From positions 1 through 64,000 of the forward strand of contig BAAIJX010000044.1 of the NCBI GenBank assembly GCA_054600435.1: 64,000 nt of DNA, written 5' to 3'. This DNA comes from Neophaeotheca triangularis. Taxonomy: Eukaryota. Each line of letters starts with the position of its first letter. Positions within the stretch are counted from its first letter, which is position 1. Shown here piece after piece: positions 22,241-34,788 of this stretch. A program made the translations under genes and the position numbers. Under the pieces are notes generated by a model. It did not search any database and was not told the origin of the DNA. It was given only the letters and a program-made list of their open reading frames with translations.

Positions 22241-22556
22241 AGTCGTGCCAGCTATTGTACGGATGAACGACGGTGCATTGCAATCAGATTCTTTGCCTTT
22301 CCCCACCTGCAACCATTCGAATTCTACATTGACGATGAGGTGAGGTTGGAGTAGCCTCCGGCATCTCCACATCCGCCCCGGACCCCGCCCAAGTCTAATC
22401 GCTTATCAGCGTTTCCCCGCGCGCGATAAGCTTATCAGCCCCCCCTCCATCTACATCACCACCTTCCGTCCTCCCTCTGCCTTTCCCTGCTCTCATCCTC
22501 CTCTCATACGACTACAACATCCCTTCCCCATTCAGCCGAATCCAAAATAACCAACA

Positions 22557-23381
22557 ATGGCAACCAAACTTCCACTCCGACCCCACCTCCTCACCCGCTC
22601 CATCCACCCCGCCCGCCGCTCTTTCAGCACCACCACCGCCCTCCCAGCCTCCCCCCTCTTCATGCTCAGCCAGCTGAGCAACAGCCGAGAAACGACGCAT
22701 TTCAACCAAATCACCAAACTCCCACGCTATGAGCATTCTCCCTCACTCGCCATAATCAAAGACAGCGAGGTCAAGCCATACCCACTTCCCTCCCCACCTC
22801 CTCGAGCTCCTAGACCCCTTGCCACGGCTCTGGACGAGCGACAGGTGCGGAGAGCCCTTCGGGCGGTCGATGTCAAAACCATTGCCGTGGGACGAGCCGT
22901 ATTAGCCGAGCAAGCAAGATTGCAGCGGGGTTTGCGATCGCAGCTTGTGGGGTTGAAGAAACGGGCTGGGATGTCTGGGATGCGATTTGAAAGAGCGTTG
23001 GGTATGTTGGCGGAGGATAGGGACAAAGCGAGAAAGGAGAGTCAACAAGCAGCGGGGTTGGTTGTTATAGCCGTGGGGGTTGCGACGGCGGCTGTGACTT
23101 GGCGATTGTGGCCGCAGAGGGAAGTGGGAGATGGGTTGGCAAAGGTCAGGAATGCGAGTGAAGGGGGTCGGATGGCAAGGGATGGGGGGTTGACGGTGGG
23201 TGCACCGGCCATTGAGCAGCCTGTTGTTGCTACCACGCCGGCGAGAGCGGTGGAGGCGGCGGCGATGGGGGAACCCGCGGTCGTCAGCGTTCCTGCCGCT
23301 GCGTCGGTGGCGGCTCCAGCTGTTGAACAGTCGAAGAGCTCGGCTAGCTGGTGGAAGGGACTTTTCTGGAAGCAATCATAG
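22557..23381 (+). CDS. Probable mitochondrial single-pass membrane protein
   Basis: Arg/Ser-rich presequence-like N-terminus (ARRSFSTT), helical region, hydrophobic AAGLVVIAVGVATAAVTW, C-terminal WWKGLFW. Confidence 0.8.
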   Translation: MATKLPLRPHLLTRSIHPARRSFSTTTALPASPLFMLSQLSNSRETTHFNQITKLPRYEHSPSLAIIKDSEVKPYPLPSPPPRAPRPLATALDERQVRRALRAVDVKTIAVGRAVLAEQARLQRGLRSQLVGLKKRAGMSGMRFERALGMLAEDRDKARKESQQAAGLVVIAVGVATAAVTWRLWPQREVGDGLAKVRNASEGGRMARDGGLTVGAPAIEQPVVATTPARAVEAAAMGEPAVVSVPAAASVAAPAVEQSKSSASWWKGLFWKQS

Positions 23382-24317
23382 GTTTTCGACCCCGAAGAGG
23401 TCATTGTCACGTCGCGGGCCAACAAGGCCATACCCAAAGCCTCGATCCAAACACCTCTGTTCCACATCACCTCGACCTCTTGCCCTTGCTACAAGGTATG
23501 GCAACTCTTTTCGATACGACAAATTGCTCTGCTCTCTACTACACTGTTAGATCCTGCTTCGTGTGAGCCTTACAGCCGTCACACATCGACAGCCAACTGG
23601 CCGCACGACCAGCTACCGCAACAAAGCTGTTCAGAGACCTTACCGCCAACTTTCAAACTGCCCACTTTCCGCCAATCACGATACCCATGCTCTCCTTAAC
23701 ACCCTGTCTAATCGGCTCCAGGCGTTCCAGTGTCTCTACATTCTTTTGGATTTACCTGCATACCTATCCATGCAGCATATCTTTCCCGCCTAGCTTCGCT
23801 TGCGCTTTCTGGTTTTAGACTTATATAGCCTTTCGCAAAGCATTCAATTCCACATCGAGCGGACTTTCTTGTACGACTATACCGTCTGTTCTCGAGGACG
23901 TTCGCCCAACGTTACTGCCAGACGTCTGGCGAACCTATTACTGCCGCGATCGAGCTTACCGAGATTGTACCCCTCATAGTAGATGTCACTCAGCCTCTAG
24001 ACAATGGAGTTGCAACACTTCAGACAATAGGCTTCTTTTACTTCTTTGTACAAGGGGAAATTAAGAGTCGAATGCACTTGTTCAAATTATGGCCCTTTGT
24101 CTATAGTTTGATCATCGAGGAAGCGGTATGTATATCGGGGTACCCTACCATGTCAAGTCGAGATTTCAGACCACTTTCATTTGTCAACGCAACCCCTACG
24201 TTTCATCTGTCTAATACATCTCTCTTTTCATTATTCGAACCCGTCTCGTCCGAGCACATTACATTTCCTCGAGAATCCGCTTACCAACAGTACATCTCAG
24301 CAAAAACGACATCAGGT

Positions 24318-26324
24318 ATGTCTCGCCTTTCTTCCAACCCCCAAGCTAACATTCAAGGCTTCTGGCACGAACCACGTATGGTCCGCAACCTCGAGCACCT
24401 CGCCCTCGAATACAATCACCAAGACCATCTCGACAGTCATGGAAACATGATCCCCGGCGATGTCGCCGAAAGCCGCCATGGCTACGTCTTCCTCTACAAC
24501 AGCGCCCAAGAGCGTCTCCGTAGGTACATGGCCGTTCCTGGTGAACAACGCCATCTCTACCGCGACGAGGAGGAGTTTGGCCCCATGTCTCCTCTACTTT
24601 CCCCTGTGCCGGACGAACGACTAGGTCCCGTCGAAACCGCTCGGCTCATCCACAACCCAAATTGGTCACCTACTGTCTCCGATGACGACTCTTGGAGCGC
24701 CAGGCAATCAAACTTCTCCAGCGACAGCATGAACAGCAGAGGCTTTGAACCTCTTGTCCACCGCGGGCAAGCAATCTACCACGACGAGACCGGAACAATT
24801 GAACAAGAGGTCATCGTACAAGATGTATTTGCATTCATAGAGAACGTAGAACTCCGCCAGCAGCAGCACTCTCCGGGCAACCTTGACGGCCAGTACTTTG
24901 ACCCACCCACTGGAATGGGATGGGAAGATGATGCTAGTCCTGTTGATCAGGGCATGCCCGGGCCTTTCGGACGCCACCAACCAACTCAACAGACACAAGC
25001 ACCGCGTCAAACGCCGCCGCCACATCGAATCCCACGACAACGCCAACGCGGAGAAGAAGAACCCCCAATCCGGCCGCTCTATCCCCAGACCGACATGGAC
25101 GTCCTATACACCTTGTCAGCCCCCGTTGCCGCCTGTTACAACGGTCTGTCTCAAGAGACATCCCACCTCGTGCTCGAAACCCTGGACGCCCGTCGCAAAG
25201 AGCAAGACGACCATATGAAAGAAAAAATGCTCCACCGCGATGCCCTAATCAGCTTTCGACGCAAGCAACAAGCCACTCGCGCGCTCGGGGAATTCGTAAA
25301 AGCCATCAGCGCCTGGAAACGTCGCACTGCTCCCGGTTCCGAGGACGAAAGAGTGTGCGAGGCTTTTAGGAACCACCTGGCCTTCGCTTCTTGCATGACA
25401 AGCAGTCGTGTCAGGCTTTACGACATCTGGGGTTGGTTCTCCGGGCCCTTGCCTTCTGAAGTGAGGCAGACCTTGGAACGGCTAATTGCGCTGGGGCACT
25501 TCGTCAACGGTGACCGGTATTTACTTGAAGAGACTTGGGGCATCATCTCCGGCGTTTTTCCACGGAACGTCGATGCCGATGACGAATGGGCGCGTGTCGC
25601 GGATCTCGATCAAGCGAAGCGAGTATGTTATGGTGATGAGCCGGACCATTTGCAGAGAGGTAGGGGCTTTGGAGATTGTCTTGACGCGTCGAAACTCGAC
25701 ATGAAAACCCACGGCAATCTCATGGGTTGGATCGATGCTTCGGCGCGGACACGGCATCAGAAGTTCTTACAGACGGAGGCGAAAGGCGACACGAAGGAAA
25801 CGTACAAGGTCGCCCGACGATATTTGCGGTTTCTGAGGCAGGCTAGAGAGCTCGTGACCCTCGAAACTTGGACATCAGCTGGAACACCAATGCCCCATGT
25901 TACCGTCAGAGATGTTGAGACTTCTCAATACATCATGAGAGCTCTGGACACTTGGGTAGCGCAAATGAAAACGATGTCGGTGAAGTACTTCGTCTTTTCC
26001 AAAGAGGGTCGAGCTGCCGGGCCTCTGACATACATGGAGTATCATGTGTTTGGCGAGGATGCTTGGGGCGACGAAGGTGAGGACAAGAAGATGATGGGCG
26101 CTTACCAAGATGGGCCATATGAGCCGCACCAAGGAATACATCCCTTACCTAGAATGATTGGAGGAAATGACACTAGCGTAGCGACTGAGCAAGACGAGGA
26201 CGAGGAAATGCCGGCGCGCGACTGGTCGTCTGAGGAAGGTAGTGCTGAGGCTGGGGGTGATGCGGAGGCCGAGGGCGATGCTGTCGCTGAGGTCGAGGAA
26301 GATATCATCGATGAGGCATTCTAG
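24318..26324 (+). CDS. Hypothetical protein (~668 aa), acidic C-terminus
   Basis: Long ORF 24072-26324; likely start at MSRLSSNPQ; no recognised domain. Confidence 0.8.
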   Translation: MSRLSSNPQANIQGFWHEPRMVRNLEHLALEYNHQDHLDSHGNMIPGDVAESRHGYVFLYNSAQERLRRYMAVPGEQRHLYRDEEEFGPMSPLLSPVPDERLGPVETARLIHNPNWSPTVSDDDSWSARQSNFSSDSMNSRGFEPLVHRGQAIYHDETGTIEQEVIVQDVFAFIENVELRQQQHSPGNLDGQYFDPPTGMGWEDDASPVDQGMPGPFGRHQPTQQTQAPRQTPPPHRIPRQRQRGEEEPPIRPLYPQTDMDVLYTLSAPVAACYNGLSQETSHLVLETLDARRKEQDDHMKEKMLHRDALISFRRKQQATRALGEFVKAISAWKRRTAPGSEDERVCEAFRNHLAFASCMTSSRVRLYDIWGWFSGPLPSEVRQTLERLIALGHFVNGDRYLLEETWGIISGVFPRNVDADDEWARVADLDQAKRVCYGDEPDHLQRGRGFGDCLDASKLDMKTHGNLMGWIDASARTRHQKFLQTEAKGDTKETYKVARRYLRFLRQARELVTLETWTSAGTPMPHVTVRDVETSQYIMRALDTWVAQMKTMSVKYFVFSKEGRAAGPLTYMEYHVFGEDAWGDEGEDKKMMGAYQDGPYEPHQGIHPLPRMIGGNDTSVATEQDEDEEMPARDWSSEEGSAEAGGDAEAEGDAVAEVEEDIIDEAF

Positions 26325-27554
26325 GCGCTGGCCATCTTGTAGTCTCTTCTTTCCATTCTTTCCAAGCAATGCTATCGATGCGAGGGTATGTTGTCCGTTT
26401 TGCCAATTCCAATATGTCCAAGCTCTTTTCTGTGGTATTTTCCGCCTCTTTCTCGATTTTTATGAACTGTTCACATGCTATTTCGTACCCAGTCATCCGT
26501 TTCAGCTCCATTCGGCCACCTTTGTTGGGGTAGTATTTTTTCTTTGTTTTCCAGCTCTTTTCATTGATACCTTGTGTTGTTGGATTAGCTAGAACTTTGT
26601 TGAATGCAGATGGGTTGAGCTTGCGTTAACGCCGGATTCTTGAGCATGACTGGAAATGGGAAGCAGAGACTCGAACAAGACAGACAGTGGCACTTTGCCT
26701 TGCCGTTGCTTGCTTTTCTTCCGCTGGAAGTCAGCTACAACAAATTTTGGACGTCTCGAGATACAGCTTTGTGGACACAATGTCGAAACTCACACTGCTT
26801 TCTGCTCACAAGGGATGCCTTCTATATCGTAGTTCCTGTACGACAGTTCAGAATGGGGCTCTTTCCATCTATTTGCTCCTTGGACCAAAGACTCTTCAAG
26901 AAAAAGCCAACGTCGCTGGTTGAAGTCGTACGGGAAGGAAGAGTAATCTGCGGTCCCAGGCTCAGACAAGAGAGGTCTAGACACGAAGGAGTCCCATCAC
27001 GCGGAAGGGTCCACGATTCGTGAGCGCCGTCAAGTTTACGCTTTAAGAGCTTCAGGAACGTATTGTTCGAGTACGCTGCTGCCTTGAGGATATTTCCTCA
27101 CTCGTTAGGTGGAAACGACTCAACTTACGCTGTTGGGTCTTCTTCCATTGAATGCAGAGCAAGACCGCCGTGAGTTGTATAGCTATATAACAAGTAAAAG
27201 AATGGTTGCGCTTTAGCGACAGGCAGTTCCACGTTTGACAATTGAAGCCACGGTATAGTCGCATGTCTTCGACACAGAGAGTGCGCTCAACGCAACAAAC
27301 TGGCGGGAGCATGTCTATTCGTGGTGAGTAGAATGAACATGTGAGAGATTTCTGTCTTGAGTTTAATGCGGCGGCAACAGCAGCAATAGCAGCACGAAGT
27401 ACATCCGTAGCAGAAGGGGAAAGACTAGAATATGCTGAGACGCGAAAAGACATATGCAGCAAAAATGTATCAGAGAAAGAGAGCTGCAACCCTACCTCAA
27501 TTCTTCTCAAGTCTCCCGCAATGAAGCGAAAGAAGCTCATGAAAAAGCAATAGT

Positions 27555-27690
27555 AATTTGTCCATCAAAAATTGTGCCAGCCCCCGTGCCGAAGCTCGAG
27601 GAGTACGAACCTCCCACCACGATGTGCAATGCAGAGGAGGTCGTAGGATCAAAGCACGCGTGAGCGCCCGATCCCCGACAAGGTAAGTAT
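27555..27690 (-). ncRNA. U1: U1 spliceosomal snRNA
   Basis: 5' ATACTTACCT, helix H TGTCGG/CTGGCA, stem-loop II with ATTGCAC (U1A site), UUCG stem-loop III, Sm site AATTTTTGA 27573-27565. 3' end approximate. Confidence 0.93.
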
Positions 27691-27859
27691 GGAGAGAAGA
27701 AGAAGAAAGGTTGTGGAAATTTGCAGAAGGGGAGCTCGGTTTTGTGTCTGCGCTCGTTGGTCCGAGCTCGCCACAATCACTCGCTAATCACACGCGTGGA
27801 ATCTTCTGGACAGAGGGACTCGACCAATGAGAGGGCGACGGTGAGGGTGTGATTGTGTG
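27691..27859 (-). promoter_or_regulatory. U1 upstream promoter blocks shared with U4
   Basis: Same ordered motifs as upstream of U4, including ACAAAACCGAGCTCCCCT (16/18 identical). Confidence 0.75.
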
Positions 27860-28654
27860 CGTGTGCCTCAGGCGCCGGCTGAGGAGCAAATTTTTCTTCG
27901 AGGCAAATTCACTCGAAATCTCTTCCTCTACCGCAACCTAAGGAATGTAGAATCTACCAAATGCACCCCTTCTGAGAGCTTTTGACGCTTCATGCCTCGT
28001 ATCAGAAGCTCCCCTCGAGAGATGGACTATATTGGTGACTTCGAGGTGAAGAAGGGTTGGTCACAACGTGCTGGGCCGCTTCCATAGCCTTTACAAAAAG
28101 CTACCCAGCTTCAAGTCCGTCTTTGCATATCGTTTCTTTGGTCGAGAAGACATGTGAACAATACGCTGTTCGAAGACACCGCCTCCTCTTGAGCTACCAT
28201 GCTGATCTATTAAAGAGCAGTAGCTATTAGACGAAGGGATAGCGCCCTGAACAAGACCATCAATTGCACCTGTATCTTCTGTCCACTATTTGACAACTCT
28301 CGGGCGTGCCACAGCGTTTTGAACGCGAACATATTGATGTGGGTCTCAATGCCAGTCAATGTATGACGCCAGTTGTGATGTTCATCCGTGCTGCCATAAC
28401 CGATCGTACAAGCCTTTTGACAGTTGAATACCACGCACTTGAGGCAATGCAATGGGCAACAAGTAAAACGGTAATACAGGATCAATGCCAACGCGCAGTA
28501 CAGGGGAGGACACGAGCATTACGTTGATTGCAAAGCTGAGCTCGAATGCAATGAGAGAATACTGCTACCTAGCTAATGCTACTCGTACCCAAGGTTTTCC
28601 TCCGTCGCAAAACATCCAGTGCTGTCGTCGTTGCTCATCACTCTTACCCAAGTC

Positions 28655-29722
28655 TCACAGTGCCATTGCCGCAGCGGCCAGAGCACCAACGATCAAAGAC
28701 CCAGCCTCCCCGTATCTTCTCCCAGCACCGTTTGAGCCACCGGCCTCTGGACCATCGAGGTCCTCATCGTCATCGGAAGCAGTACCAGTCGGCGACGGGG
28801 TGCCAGTCATGGACATGGTATTTGTGGCAGTAGCGTTTCCGCCAGTGGTTGCATTGCTCCCGCCGGTGGGTTCGACGACAGGATCATAGGCGGCGCAGGT
28901 GGCGTTCGGGGCGAGGGGGCAGTCATTCTAGAGTCATCAGCATCGAGCTTAAGGAAGACACACAAGGATACTCACAGCAATGCACATAGCCTGCAACTCC
29001 GGCTCAGCATCAGGAAGAACGGCAGTGGGAGCTGAGCAGCGCTGGTTGAATAGCGAGGTCAAGGCAATCACAACTTCACGAACGTCTTCCTCGGCAACGC
29101 CGAAGCTGGCAGCAGCGAGCCCAACTTGCACGATGAAGTAGCTCATTTCGCTCGCATCGAGCCCCATGTACTTGTGCACCTCGTACATGTTGGTGTTGCC
29201 AGCGTATTGTTCGAAGCCATCGCTACCGTATTGCGAGCAGCCCAGGAGGGCGCCGAAGTATTGGTAGAGATGGGTCATGAGGCGGCTGGTGCAGAGTCAG
29301 CGACATGTTGAGGATCGAGGGTGGGCGAGGGATACATACAACTGTCTCGAGTCGGTACCGCTGGCTGGCATGTTCATAGTCAAGGGCTCGGCCCCTCCAT
29401 CGTCGAGGAAGTTCACCGACTCTCCAGCGTCGCCGCCTGTGTTGGTGGAAGCAAGGTCCCCATTGAAATACTGCAGAAGGTTGACTTGCGTTCCGTTGTA
29501 CTCTCCTGGAGCAAGGATACCGGGAACTGCGAGCTGGTTCGGCTCTGTGTAGTTACCGATGACCGCGGTATTGACGACAGCGGTAACGAGGCCGTACTGA
29601 TCTTCTGCGGTGCTGCTATTGAAGAGTGCGTTGGTGTAGTAGTCACAAATTGAAGAGCCTTCTGGCCGCTGCGCTGTCGCGAGCGCTGCGAACGCTGCTG
29701 TTGATATCACGAAGCGCTTCAT
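28655..29722 (-). CDS. Secreted, probably GPI-anchored conserved fungal protein (3 exons)
   Basis: Signal peptide MKRFVISTAAFAALATA; SICDYYT and LMTHLYQYFGALLGCS blocks. Introns 29339-29286 and 28975-28928. Ser/Thr linker and hydrophobic C-terminal tail. Confidence 0.85.
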
Positions 29723-30522
29723 GTTTTGATATCGATCTGGGTTTCAAAAGTTGTGGACGATACGGAAAACGAATGAGAGCGTCGACGGTGGTAATCTTGA
29801 ACTCTGCCATTGATGATGTCAGGTTGCTAATGTTATTGAATTCCTCGCGATGCAGCCTCGCTTGGAATGTGCACCCCTTGCTCAACGCCTTTCCCCAGCA
29901 TTCCAGTTACAAAGGCATGATGATGAAAAAAATCGATTGAAAGGGACTATGTGTATGCTGTGGGCTCTGAACTCCCCCTCTACCCGGTACCACGGCAACC
30001 CTCCCCGAGTATGCCTTTTTCCCGCTTGCGGCGCTTGTGACGACCTGCATGTACTCAAAGTCGTTCTGCCACGTAGCACTGCGCGGCCAGGCCCATGCTT
30101 ATCCAACGCATGTGAGTTCTTCATGACCAGCCAATTCTGCGAGTCAGACGGGTTGTCCAAGGTAATGGTCGAGCCTGAGTTTTGTCAGTGGGTGGATTCT
30201 TGATATGGGTGAGACCAATCGAACTCTTGCCTATCGGCATCCAGCCTCCCGCTTTCTTCATCCGTCCTCCTCCTCAGGGTAAGTCTGGGGAAAGAAGTCT
30301 GGCAGGTCAACAGCCCCAGCATTGATGCTGGCCAGGATGTTGCCATCAACAGCCTGGACCTGGTTCAGCCTGTTTTGCACATCCAGCCAGTACCTCCCAT
30401 TCTCAGAGTCCTCAGGATCCAAGACAGAAATGCCGATGTGGCGGCCATTGGGCTCCAGATTGCACTGTGGCATAATCACCTCTCCCTCAAAAGCGTGGAA
30501 AAGCTAGTGCTGATGGAGCCGA

Positions 30523-31227
30523 TCAAGATTCATCGTCGTCCTCGTCTTCGAGCGCCGGAAAGATACTGAGGTCACTAGGAGAGCTCCACATGCACTTAAC
30601 GTCGTCCGGAAGCAGAGCGTAGGCGATTTGCCTCAGGCCCATGGGTCGCATGCTTCCCGTCTTCGAGTCCAGTTGATGAGCGACGGCGTCTTTCACCGCA
30701 ACGTGTGCCTTTGTTTGTTCAACCGGGAGCTCGTTGTCGTTGTGAGGTTCTAGGCCGTTGAAGTTGTCGCCGAAGAGGTATCCAGAGCACGTATGGACAG
30801 TGCCGTTTGTGGCAAGCTGAATGGTCATGCTTGTTGGCTGCTCCAACTCGCCAACACAGGATTTGTCGACTGTGACGACGTACGAGTAAAAGAGGTGGTG
30901 TAACTGATAGTCGCGCATTTTTGGTCGGAGGCGAACGATCAGTGGCGCAGTGTGCCCGTTGCACAGAAGGTTAAACCGCGTTGTAGTCACTAGAGAGACA
31001 TGATTTTTGAAAGCGCTGGCCAGGCTTGGGCAAACCGTCGACAGCTTAGCCGTGATTGATTCGATGCCGTACTCGAACTCCAGATATTTTTCCGCGAGAT
31101 GGTTGATGAAGTCCAAGAAACGGTCAAAGACATGGCGGAGGATATGGAGTGGTAGTTTTGCCAGCATGTCTCGAGCTGTAGGGGAAAGGGCTGAGAGAGT
31201 CGAGGTGGTTGTAGATAGTCGCGCCAT
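30523..31227 (-). CDS. Hypothetical protein, orphan family
   Basis: 234-aa ORF, similar along its length to the neighbour at 31891-32640. Confidence 0.7.
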   Translation of the reverse strand: MARLSTTTSTLSALSPTARDMLAKLPLHILRHVFDRFLDFINHLAEKYLEFEYGIESITAKLSTVCPSLASAFKNHVSLVTTTRFNLLCNGHTAPLIVRLRPKMRDYQLHHLFYSYVVTVDKSCVGELEQPTSMTIQLATNGTVHTCSGYLFGDNFNGLEPHNDNELPVEQTKAHVAVKDAVAHQLDSKTGSMRPMGLRQIAYALLPDDVKCMWSSPSDLSIFPALEDEDDDES

Positions 31228-31890
31228 GATGTGTTGATGGCGGAGAGGGAAGTTTGCATGAGAAGAGCTTGGAGGTCTCGGTTAAAGGAGACGTTATTGA
31301 AGGTGTTGTAGTTACAAAGGAATACAACGCGGCGAGGGCTAAAGTGCCTTCACGTGTCGAGGCGTCTGAGCTTGGACCAGGAAACCGTAGCATTCAACGA
31401 CGAGTATACGTGAATGGCCCTTGAACGGGTAACTCTGGCGAAGGGCATGAATTTATACAGTGAAGAAGGTTGATTGATGCTATCAAATTAGGAAAGGGTA
31501 CGCTACATCCAGAGTAGAAGAGGTCAGCTTTATAGGGTATGGTGGTTGCTTGCTTTACAAAGGGGCGATGTGAAAGAAGGCTCCTCTCCAGGCCTAAGAA
31601 AGCACGGTTAAAGACCAGTTTATCATACGTCAAATGTTTGGCTCTACTCTGTCTAAAACACGAAGAAGCGTTTTGTGCGTAAGAGTCAACAGCCGTTGTA
31701 AGAGAAATATTACCAAGCCTCTCTTCTCGTCACCTCTTAGCCGTTATGAAAATCATGCCATCATCAGGTCTGAATAGATTGATAGGCTCCTATCTCGCAT
31801 GTGTTAGTTAAATCTGCTGAGAATGATGGGAACGCTGCTCGAACGTGAAACTCACCCAGTAACCACCCTAGCACATGCTAAGCGCGCTTT

Positions 31891-32640
31891 TCATTCAACC
31901 CCTTCCCCGTCGTTGAACTCAAAGTTGAACAGTGGGTTGGTCTCACTATCCTCCACAAAGCCTCCTTCCACCCTTCCGCCACTCGGGTCAAGAGCATCGG
32001 CGATCTTTTCGAAACCGGTAACATTCAATCCACCTGTATCCGGATCACGATGATTCAGGATAGCCCGTTGCATCGCGGTGTTTACTTCCGTCTCCCTGAG
32101 TCTTTTCAGGTAATCGTCCACCTGCGATTGTCCGGCTCTCGTCTCGCTGTCCCGATCGTCGTATTCGAAGGAGGTGAGGAAAGAGTTGTCCTCGAAAATC
32201 TTAACCTCCACGGCGTCCAGGTGTGAGAAGCCGTCCTCTCCCGCATACTGCCCGAAGTAATACTCCAGAGCTGTGTCCACAACTACTTCGAACCTGTAGC
32301 TGTGGTACAGGCGAGATGGCTCGGAGGTCCGCATCGTAGGGAGGCCCGGCAAGGCGAGGCGAGGGTTTGAGCCGTAATCCACAGAGATCTCAGTGGTGGA
32401 CTTGAGAGCGAAGTGTTTGTTGAACTTGCGAGTGAGGCCTACTGTCTCATCTACAAGTAGCAATTTCTCGGCCCAGACTTCGACACGGTAGGAGAGGTTG
32501 GGTGCGTCTGGCCCGTCGTGGTTGATGTATTGTAGCATGTGATCGAACAGCCTCTCTATTTCGTGTTGCGGGGAGTTTGTGATGCGTTGGCGCTCGGCAT
32601 TGGTGAGTCCGGGCTGGGGCACGTTGTAGTATCCGTCCAT
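31891..32640 (-). CDS. Hypothetical protein, orphan family
   Basis: ORF from MDGYYNV (~249 aa); shares FDxxLxxINH, LxxSY and DxxTGx(6)IAxAL blocks with the neighbour. Confidence 0.75.
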   Translation of the reverse strand: MDGYYNVPQPGLTNAERQRITNSPQHEIERLFDHMLQYINHDGPDAPNLSYRVEVWAEKLLLVDETVGLTRKFNKHFALKSTTEISVDYGSNPRLALPGLPTMRTSEPSRLYHSYRFEVVVDTALEYYFGQYAGEDGFSHLDAVEVKIFEDNSFLTSFEYDDRDSETRAGQSQVDDYLKRLRETEVNTAMQRAILNHRDPDTGGLNVTGFEKIADALDPSGGRVEGGFVEDSETNPLFNFEFNDGEGVE

Positions 32641-33576
32641 GTCGATGAAGGTGGTGTTGTGTTTATCTCGATTTGGAGGGGATCGTTGTGCTGATGTGCC
32701 GATGATGTTGTTGGTCTTGGGTGGGAAGCAATTGTCTTGGAAAGGTTGGAAGAATCTATGTGTTGTAGAAGTGTTCAGGTGCAGGTGAAGTCGATCGAGT
32801 GTCGATTCAAAGTAGACGCCAAGGTGTGAATGCAGAGAATTTGCCGCCACACTTACAGTGGCTATATATGTTCTCCGCCACAAACACCTCGAAGAAAAGA
32901 TCGTGTGGACTAGAAAAGTATACAACTGACAAGTATGAGCCTTATAATACGAACCGTAGCAGAATCTCTTGCTGGGGTAAAGCGCAATTGGACGCTTCAA
33001 ATACCCACCATCATACAATGAATGAGTCTCACAACTGAACAGACAATAGAGAGAAAAAGGCAGCAATCCTCTGACTATGATAAGGCCATTCGCTGGTTCA
33101 GTCAAAGCGGAAGCACTGGAGTGCATTAAGCGGATATACTCGCTCGACAGCCATCGAGAGCCGTTCTGTAACATGGGGGACATGAATGCAAAGCCAGTTG
33201 GCGCCTCTCTGCCGTCAATCTTCTCTTCTCGTTTCCCGTGCCGTGCACTCAGGGGTCATGTGCTCGTTTGCCACTTCGCCGACCAAGACCGCACGCTTAG
33301 TTGCTGCACAATGCTAGTAATTGCGGATGGGAAGGACAAAGACATCTGAAAATAGAAGCAGAGTAAGCTTTGTTCAGAGCTCATAGACAAAGCATAGCAA
33401 GACAAAGAAACGTCAACGACGTCAACATTGTATCCAGCAGTGGCGGTGAATAAAGAGGATACAGCCCGCCCTTCGCACCGTCGAGCCAAATCAAATCAAT
33501 CTAACACCACCATTACTATCCTACTCATACCATTCAACATTCCACTCCCCCCAACGAACATCTTAAGAAGCCCAAC

Positions 33577-34023
33577 ATGAGAAACATCCTCCTGACCCTA
33601 CTCCTCGGCGTCCTCTGCCTGTTCGCCATGCAGACCGACGCCATGATGCGCGAAGCCCAAGTTTGCGCTCGCAAGAACCCAGCAGTCGTGATGGCCATTC
33701 GGCGCTTCTGCTCTAAGAACAACATCGTCGTCCCATCCCGGTACGCCGGCAGGGGTGCTCTGTTCGCCGGACCACGCAGAACGGCCGTCGTCAAGATCAC
33801 CGGAGGCTGCTCGCCGCCGCAGTGGGTGCCGCAGAAGTACTGGTATGTATTGCCCCTTCCCTTCCCCTCCCTCCCGCTTTGCTAGCTCCAAGGACTTTTG
33901 CTGACTTCTTGCTCTTACAGTTACTCCCAATTCTACGCCATGTGCGCCCGTGGTGACAGCGACGGTAGACGCAACGCCCAGTTTGGCAGGAACAAGTGCC
34001 AAACCTGGAGTATTTGGGTCTAA
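33577..34023 (+). CDS. Small secreted cysteine-rich basic protein (effector candidate)
   Basis: Signal peptide; intron 33843-33920 (GTATGT..GCTGAC..CAG). Spliced product ~122 aa with 6 Cys in the mature part. Confidence 0.85.
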
Positions 34024-34685
34024 GTTCCTAGTATCGAAGAGCTGCTTTGCAAGCGAACGGTCCTGAAAGACGAAAAAACGGGTCGTCTGCGTTGATTACA
34101 GTCTCCCATAAATAGAAGAGCGCTCCTGGAGAGCTATCTGCCGATATAAAGTTCAGCTTCAAATCCGTCTCAGACTCTCAGGCGCCAACGAGTGTCCAGT
34201 CATGTCCGCGTCTTGTCTTTCCTTTCTCGCGCTGTAGCTTTACGGCGTCCTTCGATCGGTCTTTTTGTATAAGCAGCTTGCGCAATCTAGAGCCTCTAAA
34301 CAGCAAAAGCTTCTACCTACGCTCTACGTCTGGGTGATAAAAAAGTCGGCAACACTGTAGTCGCTCGACTATACCGTGTCTGGCTTGTCTCGCTTTGTCC
34401 TACTGCTGGCCCATAGGCGTCGAGAGCTCTCCGTTCAATTAATCTCGAGCAATTTTTGTTACGGCTAGTCGACACCTGGTAGTGTGGGAACAAAAGAGCG
34501 CGCGGTATTTGTCTGGAAGAAATCGATACTCACGCAGTGTTATTTCGATCATTCAAGTACGTGGAAAGGAGAGATGCGTTGCCGACGTAGTCATGCGCGA
34601 ACGCAAGCAAAAGCTGCAAAAAGGAGTGCTACAACAGTCAGACTCGAACGCGCTCCCCCGGTGCTACAGCCTCACTTAGATCAGC

Positions 34686-34788
34686 AAAAAAAGTTTGGTA
34701 GCTCACTTTACTTGCATGTGTCATCCTTAGTGCAGGGGCCATGCTAATCTTCTCTGTATTGTTTCAAATTGACCAAATGCCCGAAGGC
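34686..34788 (-). ncRNA. U6: U6 spliceosomal snRNA, copy 2
   Basis: Near-identical to copy 1; B box GTTCGAGTC at 34649-34641; GTATAT about 30 nt upstream. Confidence 0.96.
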
